From sequence record NZ_CP137560.1: a DNA stretch of 64,000 nt, one strand, 5' to 3'. This DNA is from a plasmid. The translations under genes were made by a program, and so were the position numbers. This document shows positions 40,670-49,035 of the stretch, in pieces. The first letter of the stretch is position 1. Every line of letters starts with the position of its first letter. The notes below the pieces were generated by a model, which saw only the letters and a list, made by a program, of their open reading frames with translations, ran no database searches and had not been told where the DNA came from.

Positions 40670-40993
40670 TTATCTTAATCCCGCCCGCTTTTTGGCAGCC
40701 CGATACCTCTCCATGATTTCCTCACGGCTCATCGGCTTTTTGTTCTTCACTCCTTCCTCTTCACTCTTCCCTCGTTCCTCCCACGGGAACCTCATGATGT
40801 CCTGTGGCGTAAGCTTCGACTTAGAGTAAGGCTGCATACTGCAGAGACACTGCATCCTTATGCGTTCCCATCTGCCTCGCTCCCTGCTTGTCTGCATCTC
40901 ATTCCATGCCTCATACGCTGCGTAAAACTCCGAAGGGGTGCATCGGCAAAAGTCATCCATACTCATACCAATACACCCCATCGCGATACCCAA
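40670..40993 (-). CDS. tail assembly chaperone, downstream (T-like) part; expressed mainly as a -1 frameshift fusion with the upstream ORF
   Basis: Its frame is open upstream through the A9 run and is -1 relative to 41038..41349. Sits immediately upstream of the tape measure gene. Confidence 0.5.
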   Translation of the reverse strand: MGIAMGCIGMSMDDFCRCTPSEFYAAYEAWNEMQTSRERGRWERIRMQCLCSMQPYSKSKLTPQDIMRFPWEERGKSEEEGVKNKKPMSREEIMERYRAAKKRAGLR

Positions 40994-41037
40994 CAGATGT
41001 TCCGCATCCGTAGGTTCATATTTCTCCGAGTCAGAGC

Positions 41038-41349
41038 CTATGGCTTCGTCTCGGCTTTTTTTTTCTCACTCTCTTCGTTCATTGCCGCATTCCAGGCACT
41101 CACGTCGTCCGGAGTGATCAGACAACAGAAAGTCTCGAAATCGACATCAAACTCCACTCCGTCGGCCTTACAGGCACTCACGACACAACACCACATGAAC
41201 ATCAGTAACTCTTCTATGTTGTTAGCGTCCATGTCGCTCACGTCTTTCTGCAGATTTCTCTTAAACAGGAGCATCGCTCCCATCGAGAGGCGGCAAGGCA
41301 ATTCCTTGCCGCCTACATTGATCAGCGTTTTTTTCATTAATACATACAA
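41038..41349 (-). CDS. tail assembly chaperone (G-like)
   Basis: 103 aa, acidic. Located between the tail tube gene and the tape measure gene. Its 3-prime end contains GAG AAA AAA AAA GCC. Confidence 0.5.
   Translation of the reverse strand: MYVLMKKTLINVGGKELPCRLSMGAMLLFKRNLQKDVSDMDANNIEELLMFMWCCVVSACKADGVEFDVDFETFCCLITPDDVSAWNAAMNEESEKKKAETKP
41056..41064 (-). other. A9 slippery run (T9 on the + strand), candidate programmed -1 ribosomal frameshift site
   Basis: A -1 slip gives ...EKKK then SRDEAIGSDSEKYEPTDAEHLLGIAMGC..., continuing without a stop into ORF 40670..40993. Checked by manual translation. Confidence 0.5.
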
Positions 41350-41378
41350 TATTTAAAGAAAAATGAAAACAGTATCTT

Positions 41379-41867
41379 TTAACTCAATTCTTCAGAATGG
41401 CCTGTAGCACTGCTTGCGCTACCACTCTGCAAACCGTCGGTCTGTTTCTCCACCTTGCCGTAGTTCTCCAGCTGTACGGTGTACTTGGCATCATCGCCCG
41501 CCTGACCGTCCAGATCGAGAGAGGTAATAATGTACTTACCCTTATATCCACCAGCCGTCTTGCCGGTACGCTTGCCAGCCTCACGGATATTATAGCTGCA
41601 GGTTACAGGTGTGCTACTCAGCATCAGGTCCTTCAACTGGTCGTAGGTAGGAGCACCCGTATCAGCGTCCGTACAAACCAAGCCGTCGGCAGAGATACTC
41701 TCCGAGAAACTCTTCACGTACTTCTCTTTCCACTTCGCACCTGCAGCCTCCTTGGTCATACGTTCACCCGTCTCGGCAGAGGTGGTAATCTTACAACCTG
41801 TACTGAAGGCCAATGCGCCATCATTTACGGAGAGGATAAGATCAGTACCGTCCAATATATTTTCCAT
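41379..41867 (-). CDS. major tail (tube) protein candidate
   Basis: 162 aa. Position is immediately upstream of the G/GT chaperone pair, matching the conserved order tube - G - GT - tape measure. Confidence 0.45.
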   Translation of the reverse strand: MENILDGTDLILSVNDGALAFSTGCKITTSAETGERMTKEAAGAKWKEKYVKSFSESISADGLVCTDADTGAPTYDQLKDLMLSSTPVTCSYNIREAGKRTGKTAGGYKGKYIITSLDLDGQAGDDAKYTVQLENYGKVEKQTDGLQSGSASSATGHSEELS

Positions 41868-41872
41868 ATTGA

Positions 41873-42448
41873 TTACTTTTTATGATAACTTACTAATAGA
41901 TAACCCGCAAGGGCTACCCCTAACCACACACAAATTAATATGATCAACGAACCCTTACCACGTTCGGGAGGTTTCTTCTCTTCCACGCTTTCTACGCTAT
42001 TATAATTGCTTTCTAACGCCGTTCGCCTGACCTTAGAAGAAGAATTTGCCGAAGTAGTACAGGAGTTATTTTCGCCTTCGAGTTTAGCTTGAGCTTTCGC
42101 CGTACCATATCCCTCGATGCTATACCCGCCGCCTTCCAATGGCTTGATGAGCCACGTCTGCTGCCACTGCTGGTCAGTCGTCAGATTTTCCGTTGTCAGA
42201 CTCGTCACCTGTGCCGTGTCGCGGCTTACGCTGCTGTCTCGACTTACGCTGCTTACCAGCCCCGTCTGCTGCGTCTGTGTCACCATCGTCTTCTTGGTTC
42301 TGCAGTTCACCACTAACAGGACAAGAAGCACGATGAGGACAAAGCTGAATGGCCTCGATAGCCCGTGTGAGCCTATTGAGCGCATAGCGGGTGCGGGCAT
42401 TCTCCTTGTTGAGTTCCTCGATAGCTTTTGCATTATCTTCTGCTGCAT
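41873..42448 (-). CDS. hypothetical protein with N- and C-terminal hydrophobic segments; true start uncertain because it overlaps 42174..42635
   Basis: ORF track entry. Overlaps the next ORF by 275 nt. Confidence 0.25.
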   Translation of the reverse strand: MQQKIMQKLSRNSTRRMPAPAMRSIGSHGLSRPFSFVLIVLLVLLVVNCRTKKTMVTQTQQTGLVSSVSRDSSVSRDTAQVTSLTTENLTTDQQWQQTWLIKPLEGGGYSIEGYGTAKAQAKLEGENNSCTTSANSSSKVRRTALESNYNSVESVEEKKPPERGKGSLIILICVWLGVALAGYLLVSYHKK

Positions 42449-42635
42449 CGTTCAGTTCTTTTTGTTTAGCGAGGAGTTCCTTACTCACGTCGCCATACAT
42501 CTCCTTGAAGGTGTCATGTATGCGCTTCGCCTGCTCAGCCTCCTTCACCTTTCGGTTGGCTATCCAGGCGATGGCAGCACCAATGCCGCCCGATGGGATA
42601 GCCCACTGCAGTATGTTTAGTATGATGTCTGTCAT
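42174..42635 (-). CDS. hypothetical protein: N-terminal TM helix plus coiled coil and an acidic tail
   Basis: ORF track entry. Layout resembles i-spanin-like or head-tail joining proteins; cannot discriminate. Confidence 0.3.
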   Translation of the reverse strand: MTDIILNILQWAIPSGGIGAAIAWIANRKVKEAEQAKRIHDTFKEMYGDVSKELLAKQKELNDAAEDNAKAIEELNKENARTRYALNRLTRAIEAIQLCPHRASCPVSGELQNQEDDGDTDAADGAGKQRKSRQQRKPRHGTGDESDNGKSDD

Positions 42636-42697
42636 CGCCTTTCAACCATTTTAACTAATAACTAACTTATAATATAATGAAGATTTGAAGCCTTTTT

Positions 42698-43756
42698 TTA
42701 AGCCTGATGGCCGCTGTAGATGACACCACCGGCATCCTCCTTCTTAGGCATACAGATGAAGTAATGGCGATAAGAAAGCAGGTTGCGCTGATACTGAGGG
42801 TCGTTCTCTGCAGGACTGTAGTACATCTTGGTAGTACCTGTAGCCTTGAACACACGAGGCACATGGAAAGCAAATGAGCACTGGAACTCACCCGCCTTAG
42901 GCGTTGCGCCCACTGCATTCTTCACACCTGCAGTACTGTAGGTAGGGCAAGCGCCATACTCGTAGATATCGAAGCCATAGAGGCGACCTACGGTGCCGTC
43001 ATTGCGGTTGATGTTATACTGCTCCTTAAATGCCTGATCGATCTCCAAGAGGTCGTTCACATGGTCAGTACAGAGCACAAGGCGGCGGTCAGTCACTGGC
43101 ACGCCTAATGCGTCGAGCTTACGCTTGAGGGCTACAATGTCGTCAATACAGAGCTTAATACGCTTGGTAGCAGTATCCACCGCACCGGTAGTTACGAGCA
43201 CAGGAGTCTTGTCCGTATTCTTGGTAGGACAGAGCGCATGAGCAGCCTTGGCGTACTTAGCGTCATTCAGGGCGTTGGCACAGCTTTCCTTCACGCGCGA
43301 CATCTTGTCGTAGGAGAGTGCATACAACTCATCGTCGGTCACTGGTACCACCTTAGTCTGGAACTTATCGAGCGAGAAGGTCTTGTCGCCGTCCTCTAAC
43401 TCCTGAATATCCAATGGGTACGTGGTGTTATTGATGAGCACCTGCGGATCTGCACCCACATCTACAAGGTGGATCACGTCATTATTGACGATAGAACTCT
43501 GGTCTGGCACACCGTTGAGCCATGATGCATCCAGCTTTCCACGGAGAGCCCTAATCAGCTCACCCGTCCATACTTCCTTCAACACACCCTCACATGCTGC
43601 ATCCTCAGGCATAAAGCCAGGGAGAGCAATGGCGATAAGACAAGCCACAGCTGCACCACCCAAAGGACTACAACCCAACAACACAGCAATAACTCCACCC
43701 ACGATGGCATTAAAAAGCAATGCCGATGTAATCTTGATAAATGTTTTCTTATTCAT
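42698..43756 (-). CDS. major capsid protein candidate (Mu gpT-like position)
   Basis: About 350 aa, directly downstream of the protease/scaffold gene and upstream of the head-tail and tail genes. The true start may be the internal M (MPEDAA...). Confidence 0.5.
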   Translation of the reverse strand: MNKKTFIKITSALLFNAIVGGVIAVLLGCSPLGGAAVACLIAIALPGFMPEDAACEGVLKEVWTGELIRALRGKLDASWLNGVPDQSSIVNNDVIHLVDVGADPQVLINNTTYPLDIQELEDGDKTFSLDKFQTKVVPVTDDELYALSYDKMSRVKESCANALNDAKYAKAAHALCPTKNTDKTPVLVTTGAVDTATKRIKLCIDDIVALKRKLDALGVPVTDRRLVLCTDHVNDLLEIDQAFKEQYNINRNDGTVGRLYGFDIYEYGACPTYSTAGVKNAVGATPKAGEFQCSFAFHVPRVFKATGTTKMYYSPAENDPQYQRNLLSYRHYFICMPKKEDAGGVIYSGHQA

Positions 43757-43806
43757 AGTTATATTTTAGCATTTAAAATTTCTCATTTGTCATTTGTCAT
43801 TTCTCA

Positions 43807-44802
43807 TTATCGAGCGGGTTCAAATCCATACTCCGCCTTATAGAGTCGCACGAATTCGTCGTGGTGATTGTCGTGCAGATCCATCATCACGTTGGCAGGC
43901 ACGGCGCTCAGCTTCTCATACTTGGAGTAGTCTTGTGGTTCTGCCACGATATTGCCCTTATCGGTTCGGTGCAGGGTAGCCGTAATCTTACCCTGAGGCT
44001 GCATGGCAGACAGAGTGATGTTCAACTGATCCAGACCCAACTTCTTACCCAATTCCACGAAGTGATCCTTCATGCCTGCAGCAAGACGTTTCTCGGTAAT
44101 GGCAGTTTCCACCGCACGTGTGATAGCAGCCAACTCCACCGCCTGCTGCTGTGCCTGGAGCGTCTGTACCTGAGTCTCCAAGGCGGTTACCTTACCTGCC
44201 GCGAGACCGAGACTCACGAGCTTCTGATTCACTTCTTCTTCTGTTGCGGTCTCCTTCAGACCCAACTTGATCGCTAAATCTTTTAATTCCATTTCTTTCT
44301 TTTTTAATGGGGTTTTACTTACATTATCTAATAGAGGAAGAACACCGTCGATGGAGTCCTGTCCTGCTGAAAGTGAGATTGTCTTACCTTCATGAGTGAG
44401 CACGATAGCGTCATCATTGCCACCAATATCCACCACACTCACCTCGATGAGCTTAGATTTCGTCACCGTAGGTCTCTGCTGTCCCTCTGCGAGCAACTGC
44501 TTGTCGTCGCTCATCTCTAAGATCTGAAAGTTAGCGCTCACCATTTTCACACTGCCGAACTCCCATTGCTTCTTCAGTTGCTTAGACAGTTCCGTAGCTT
44601 CATCGAACACCAGCTCACCCGTCACGTCCTGACCTTCCACCTTCAGATCCTTCACCATACCGATCACCTTGCCGCGCTCGTGCATATAGAGGAGCACGGG
44701 GTTGCGCTGGTACTGTGCCAGGTCTATACCCGGTGTAAGAATTCGAGTGCCGTAGCAGTTGACGCTCTCGTTACTGATTCTTACTCGTTTACCTTTAGCC
44801 AT
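43807..44802 (-). CDS. prohead protease / scaffold (Mu gpI-like); start at M61 of the ORF-track entry
   Basis: N-terminal protease-like region (MAKGKRVRISNESVNCYGTRIL...), C-terminal coiled-coil scaffold-like region. Placed immediately before the capsid gene. Confidence 0.5.
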   Translation of the reverse strand: MAKGKRVRISNESVNCYGTRILTPGIDLAQYQRNPVLLYMHERGKVIGMVKDLKVEGQDVTGELVFDEATELSKQLKKQWEFGSVKMVSANFQILEMSDDKQLLAEGQQRPTVTKSKLIEVSVVDIGGNDDAIVLTHEGKTISLSAGQDSIDGVLPLLDNVSKTPLKKKEMELKDLAIKLGLKETATEEEVNQKLVSLGLAAGKVTALETQVQTLQAQQQAVELAAITRAVETAITEKRLAAGMKDHFVELGKKLGLDQLNITLSAMQPQGKITATLHRTDKGNIVAEPQDYSKYEKLSAVPANVMMDLHDNHHDEFVRLYKAEYGFEPAR

Positions 44803-45056
44803 ATATACATATTTAAAAAAGTTTCTACTTTCTTTTTCCTGCGAATACCAGCGGAGCGTTCCGCCCGAATTCGACTGCAATATTACTAACTTTTCGCATA
44901 ACCTCCAAAAAAGTATGAAATGGTTGCACACTTCTATGAAACCGCTGCACACTATTTTTGCAGATTGCCCAAAAAGTCGCAATTTTGCAGTACCAAAACC
45001 CGCGAGGCATTAAGTACCTCAGCGGTTTTCTATTCACATTATAATAACATTCGAAT

Positions 45057-45536
45057 ATGACAAAAGCAGAATTAGAACGCAAGAAGAACCTCGCCCGAAC
45101 CCTCTATATGGCGGGTAAAGAACAGGCAGAGATAGCCGAACAGATAGAGGTATCCAGAGTAACAATATCCAAGTGGGCCAACACGGAAGGATGGAAAGAA
45201 CAGCGAGCCGCCAAGAACGTCACACGACCCGAACTGGTCAACAAACTACTCCTTACCATCGACACCCTCATCAGTCAGGTGAACGAGTCCGGCGACCCGG
45301 ATAAGATTTCCGGATTGGGCGACCGACTGGCCAAACTTTCGTCCGTCATTCAGAAACTCGACAAGAAGGCCAACGTGGTAGATGCCATCGAGGTGTTCAT
45401 GGCATTCTCGAAGTGGATGCAGTTCCGCGCACAGACCGACCCGAACATCACACCCGAACTTCTCAAGACATTCAACTATTACCAGGATCTCTTCATCTCC
45501 GACAAGATGAACAATGGCTTCAGCTGTGAGCTCTAA
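45057..45536 (+). CDS. small terminase subunit-like DNA-binding protein
   Basis: N-terminal HTH (EQAEIAEQIEVSRVTISKWAN). Sits immediately upstream of the large terminase. Confidence 0.5.
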   Translation: MTKAELERKKNLARTLYMAGKEQAEIAEQIEVSRVTISKWANTEGWKEQRAAKNVTRPELVNKLLLTIDTLISQVNESGDPDKISGLGDRLAKLSSVIQKLDKKANVVDAIEVFMAFSKWMQFRAQTDPNITPELLKTFNYYQDLFISDKMNNGFSCEL

Positions 45537-45560
45537 TACATAATAATAAAGCAAAGAAGG

Positions 45561-47126
45561 ATGGCAACACAAACTGAAAAGAAACAGGCCATCGAGGCAT
45601 GGCGGGAACACTGCAAGCAGATAGCAGCCCTCACCGACACCTCGCTCATGGCTCCCGAAAGCAAAACGGAGCGAAACAAACGTATTGCTTCCCTGCAGAG
45701 GGACTATGCTGCCTTCTGCGAATATTATTTTCCTCACTTCCTGCAGCTCAAGGACAAGACCACTGGCAAGGTACTGCGCACCATTCACAATGCGCCGTTC
45801 CACAACCAGGCAGCCCGCAAAGTGAAGTCAACGCCCAATCTGAAGGCGGTATTCATGTGGCCCCGTGGTCATGCCAAGAGTACCCATCTGGACGTTTTCC
45901 TGCCCCTGTGGCTCATGTTCCAGCCCCTCAGGCTCATCAACTTCATGGTCATCGTGGGCAAGAGCGAGGACGCTGCCTGCCGACTCCTGGGCGATATCCA
46001 GGCAGAGTTGGAATACAACGACCGACTCAAGGCGGATTTCGGAGAACAGAAACCATCCGGTGGCGACTGGACCGATGGTGAGTTCAAGGCACAGTGCGGG
46101 GTCAAGTTCCTCGCCTGCGGCCGTGGTCAGAGTCCTCGTGGTCTGCGCGACCGTGAGGCACGTCCTGACTATATCGTTATCGACGACCTCGATGATGATG
46201 AGCTCTGCAAGAACGAGAAACGTGTGCGCGAGCTTACCTCATGGGTCAAGTCAGCCCTCTTCGGATCCTTAGACGTGGGACGTGGCCGCTTCATCATGGT
46301 GGGCAACCTTATCTCCAAGAACTCCGTACTCTTCAATATTGCCCACACCAAGGGCGTATTCCTCTCCAAGGTCTATGCCGTGGATAAGAATGGCGACCCG
46401 ACATGGCAGGAGAAATGGACGCGCGAAGAGGTGGATGCTTATCGTGAGTTCGTAGGCTACCGAGACTGGAACAAGGAGATGATGCACAATCCTATCAAGG
46501 ACGGCACCATCTTCCGGCACGAATGGATTAAGTATAAGCGTATGCCGAAACTCTCGAAGTATGAGGCCTTAGTCTGCTATACTGATCCATCCTGGAAATC
46601 GACTACCGAGAACGACTACAAGGCGTGCCGACTCTGGGGCAGTATCGGCAAGGAACTGCACCTCATCGACTGCTTCGTGCGCCAGGACACCACGGGTGCC
46701 ATGGTAAGATGGCTCTACAATCTCTATGAGCGAAGCTTAGAAGAGGGAGCAAGCATCCAGTTCTACATGGAGGCAAACCTGATGCAGGATACTGCCCTCG
46801 ATGAGTTTGCTGCTGAAGGCGACCTGCGTGGCTATCAACTGCCTATCACGGCAGACAACCGCAAGAAGCCCGACAAACTGCAGCGTATCGAGTCCGTAGC
46901 TCCTCTCTGGGAGCGTGGTGTGGTTTTCTACAACGAGGCGCTCAAAGACTCTGAGGATATGCAGGTAGGCATCGACCAGACGCTTTCGCTCGAACATGGC
47001 AGCCGTGCGCACGATGATGCACCCGATGCCGACGAGGGTGCCATCTATATCCTCCAGAAGCAGGGCAGAGTAGCCGCCTTCGTTCCAAGAATAGTGAAGA
47101 GAATGCGCCCTAAAAATTCATGGTAG
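45561..47126 (+). CDS. terminase large subunit (Mu gp28-like)
   Basis: Walker-A-like PRGHAKST, ATPase core IVIDDLDDDE, and a C-terminal RNase-H-like nuclease region with conserved acidic residues (AHDDAPDADEGAIYIL). Confidence 0.8.
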   Translation: MATQTEKKQAIEAWREHCKQIAALTDTSLMAPESKTERNKRIASLQRDYAAFCEYYFPHFLQLKDKTTGKVLRTIHNAPFHNQAARKVKSTPNLKAVFMWPRGHAKSTHLDVFLPLWLMFQPLRLINFMVIVGKSEDAACRLLGDIQAELEYNDRLKADFGEQKPSGGDWTDGEFKAQCGVKFLACGRGQSPRGLRDREARPDYIVIDDLDDDELCKNEKRVRELTSWVKSALFGSLDVGRGRFIMVGNLISKNSVLFNIAHTKGVFLSKVYAVDKNGDPTWQEKWTREEVDAYREFVGYRDWNKEMMHNPIKDGTIFRHEWIKYKRMPKLSKYEALVCYTDPSWKSTTENDYKACRLWGSIGKELHLIDCFVRQDTTGAMVRWLYNLYERSLEEGASIQFYMEANLMQDTALDEFAAEGDLRGYQLPITADNRKKPDKLQRIESVAPLWERGVVFYNEALKDSEDMQVGIDQTLSLEHGSRAHDDAPDADEGAIYILQKQGRVAAFVPRIVKRMRPKNSW

Positions 47127-47136
47127 CAGCGCCAAC

Positions 47137-47173
47137 TCAATTTCTAATTTCTCATTTCTAATTTCTCATTAAA
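47137..47173. promoter_or_regulatory. direct repeat AATTTCTAATTTCTCATTTCTAATTTCTCATTAAAT, copy 1, upstream of the 141-aa gene
   Basis: Near-identical to 47601-47637. Related TTTCTCATTTGTCATTTGTCATTTCTCATT lies at 43769-43799, upstream of the capsid gene on the minus strand. Confidence 0.5.
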
Positions 47174-47175
47174 TT

Positions 47176-47601
47176 ATGAGTTTCATCACGCAGGAAGATT
47201 TCAAGGTCGTGAGCAGCGAAGCTTCGCTCAAGGCCATCACGGGTGCAGACCCGGACAACATCAGCAACGCCATCGCAGAGGCACAGGAGGAAGTGGCAGG
47301 GTATCTGCGCCCCAAGTATGATACCGACCGCATCTTTGCCACCGAAGGCGACGACCGCAACCGCCAGTTAGTCATGTACACCGCCGATATTGCACTCTAC
47401 AATATGATAGCATCGCTCCCCAACCGCATGGGCTACGAAACCCGCAAGGAACGCTACGAGCGTGCCATCAAGTGGCTCGAGGGCGTACAGGCGGGTAAGA
47501 TAGTACCCGACCTGCCCATCGCTACAGACGATACCGGCAACGATATCTCACAAGGCGGAGTCTTAGCATACGGCAACGGCCCCGACAACCACAGCTGGTA
47601 A
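47176..47601 (+). CDS. hypothetical head-module protein (141 aa)
   Basis: ORF between the large terminase and the portal gene. Confidence 0.4.
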   Translation: MSFITQEDFKVVSSEASLKAITGADPDNISNAIAEAQEEVAGYLRPKYDTDRIFATEGDDRNRQLVMYTADIALYNMIASLPNRMGYETRKERYERAIKWLEGVQAGKIVPDLPIATDDTGNDISQGGVLAYGNGPDNHSW

Positions 47602-47637
47602 AATTTCTAATTTCTCATTTCTAATTTCTCATTAAAT
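47601..47637. promoter_or_regulatory. direct repeat AATTTCTAATTTCTCATTTCTAATTTCTCATTAAAT, copy 2, upstream of the portal gene
   Basis: Second copy of the 36-bp motif. Confidence 0.5.
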
Positions 47638-48982
47638 GAAAATGAATATAAATAGAACAAAAGACCGCATAGAGGATGCCTGGAGAGCACTCCTCGGCCG
47701 ACCGCAGCTTTGGAGAACCAAATATGGTGATATCGAACTGGTAGGCAAGAACAACCGCCGACAGGTGGAAAGTATCATCGCCAAACTGCAGCGCACCACC
47801 GAGGCGCTCACCAAGGGCGACATCAAGAAGTGGCGACGTGCCTGGCAACTCGCCATCAGTGTGGAAAGTCCCAACCGTCAGGCACTCTACGACATCTACC
47901 GTGATACCGAGATAGACGCACACCTCTCCGGTTGTATCGACCAGCGCAAGGGCTTCGTCATGGAACGCTCGTTCAAGATAGAAGACAAGAACGGAACACC
48001 AGCCGAAGAACTCAATCACTTCCTCGAGCAGGAATGGTTCGTGGAGTTCTGTCGTCTCGTGCTTACTACTCCTTACTGGGGTCACTCACTCATCGAACTC
48101 GGAGACCTCGGAACCGATGGCGACGGATGCCTCGCTTATAACAATGTAACGTTGGTGGATCGCAAGTACGTCATACCCGAGCACCACCGCGTCATCACCG
48201 ACCTCGGACAGGACTGGACCACTGGCATCGACTACCATGAGCCGGAATGGATGGGCAATCTTGTTGAGGTGGGCAGACCCGACGACCTCGGACTTTTTCT
48301 CAAAGCTTCGCTCCACTGCATACCTAAGAAGAACGTATTGGCTGCATGGGACGTCTTCAGTGAAATCTTCGGTATGCCGCTGCGTGTTGCTACCACAGGA
48401 TCCAGAGACCAGAAGGAGGTGGACCGTATCAGTGACATGATGGAGCGCATGGGGCAGGCCGGCTATGCCGTACTGCCTACAGGTACGGAAATCCAAATCG
48501 TAGAAAGCGCCAAGAGCGACGCATTCAATGTTTACGATAAGCGTGTAGATCGCGCCAACTCCGAAATCTCCAAACTTATCATCGGTCAGACCATGACTAT
48601 CGAGGACGGTAGCAGCCTCTCGCAGAGCCAGACCCACCTGAAGGTGTTTGAGAACCTCGTAGAGAGCGATGCCAAGTTGCTCGCCAACACCATCAACAAC
48701 CAGCTCTTCCCTCGCATGATCAGCCATGGTTTCCCGCTCCAGGGTTATCACTTCGCATGGGACGATAGTCCAAGCTATACCCCGGAGCAGCAGATGGAGT
48801 ACGAGAAGATGATCTCCGACCGATACGAGGTGGACGGCAAGTACTTTGCCGACAAATACAACATGCCCGTAGGCAACCGCATTCAGCAGCCTTCACTCTT
48901 CGGTAGCGAACCTGCAGAAAAGAAAGAAGACCCAAAAGAAGACCCGGAAGACCAAAAGGATCTGAAGAATTTTTTCGATTAA
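47636..48982 (+). CDS. portal protein (Mu gp29-like / DUF935)
   Basis: 448 aa. Located between the large terminase and the MuF-like gene. Acidic C-terminus. Confidence 0.6.
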   Translation: MKMNINRTKDRIEDAWRALLGRPQLWRTKYGDIELVGKNNRRQVESIIAKLQRTTEALTKGDIKKWRRAWQLAISVESPNRQALYDIYRDTEIDAHLSGCIDQRKGFVMERSFKIEDKNGTPAEELNHFLEQEWFVEFCRLVLTTPYWGHSLIELGDLGTDGDGCLAYNNVTLVDRKYVIPEHHRVITDLGQDWTTGIDYHEPEWMGNLVEVGRPDDLGLFLKASLHCIPKKNVLAAWDVFSEIFGMPLRVATTGSRDQKEVDRISDMMERMGQAGYAVLPTGTEIQIVESAKSDAFNVYDKRVDRANSEISKLIIGQTMTIEDGSSLSQSQTHLKVFENLVESDAKLLANTINNQLFPRMISHGFPLQGYHFAWDDSPSYTPEQQMEYEKMISDRYEVDGKYFADKYNMPVGNRIQQPSLFGSEPAEKKEDPKEDPEDQKDLKNFFD

Positions 48983-49035
48983 GCCCCGAAGCTTATGAGG
49001 GGCTACACCTGAGATATAAGGAGATACTGAAGGGT

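Noticed and set aside
44825-45082. 85-aa minus-strand ORF overlapping the protease N-terminal extension and the start of the small terminase gene
   Set aside because: It overlaps two better-supported genes, and its content (MRSNSAFVIFECYYN...) is not convincing.
45599-46272. Overlapping + strand ORFs in alternative frames inside the large terminase gene
   Set aside because: The terminase frame has clear family motifs. The alternative frames are Pro/Arg/Ser-rich by-products of high GC.
47137-47637. CRISPR array possibility for the short tandem repeats
   Set aside because: Only two to four copies, each 9-36 bp, with no regular spacer structure and no cas genes. Treated as regulatory repeats.
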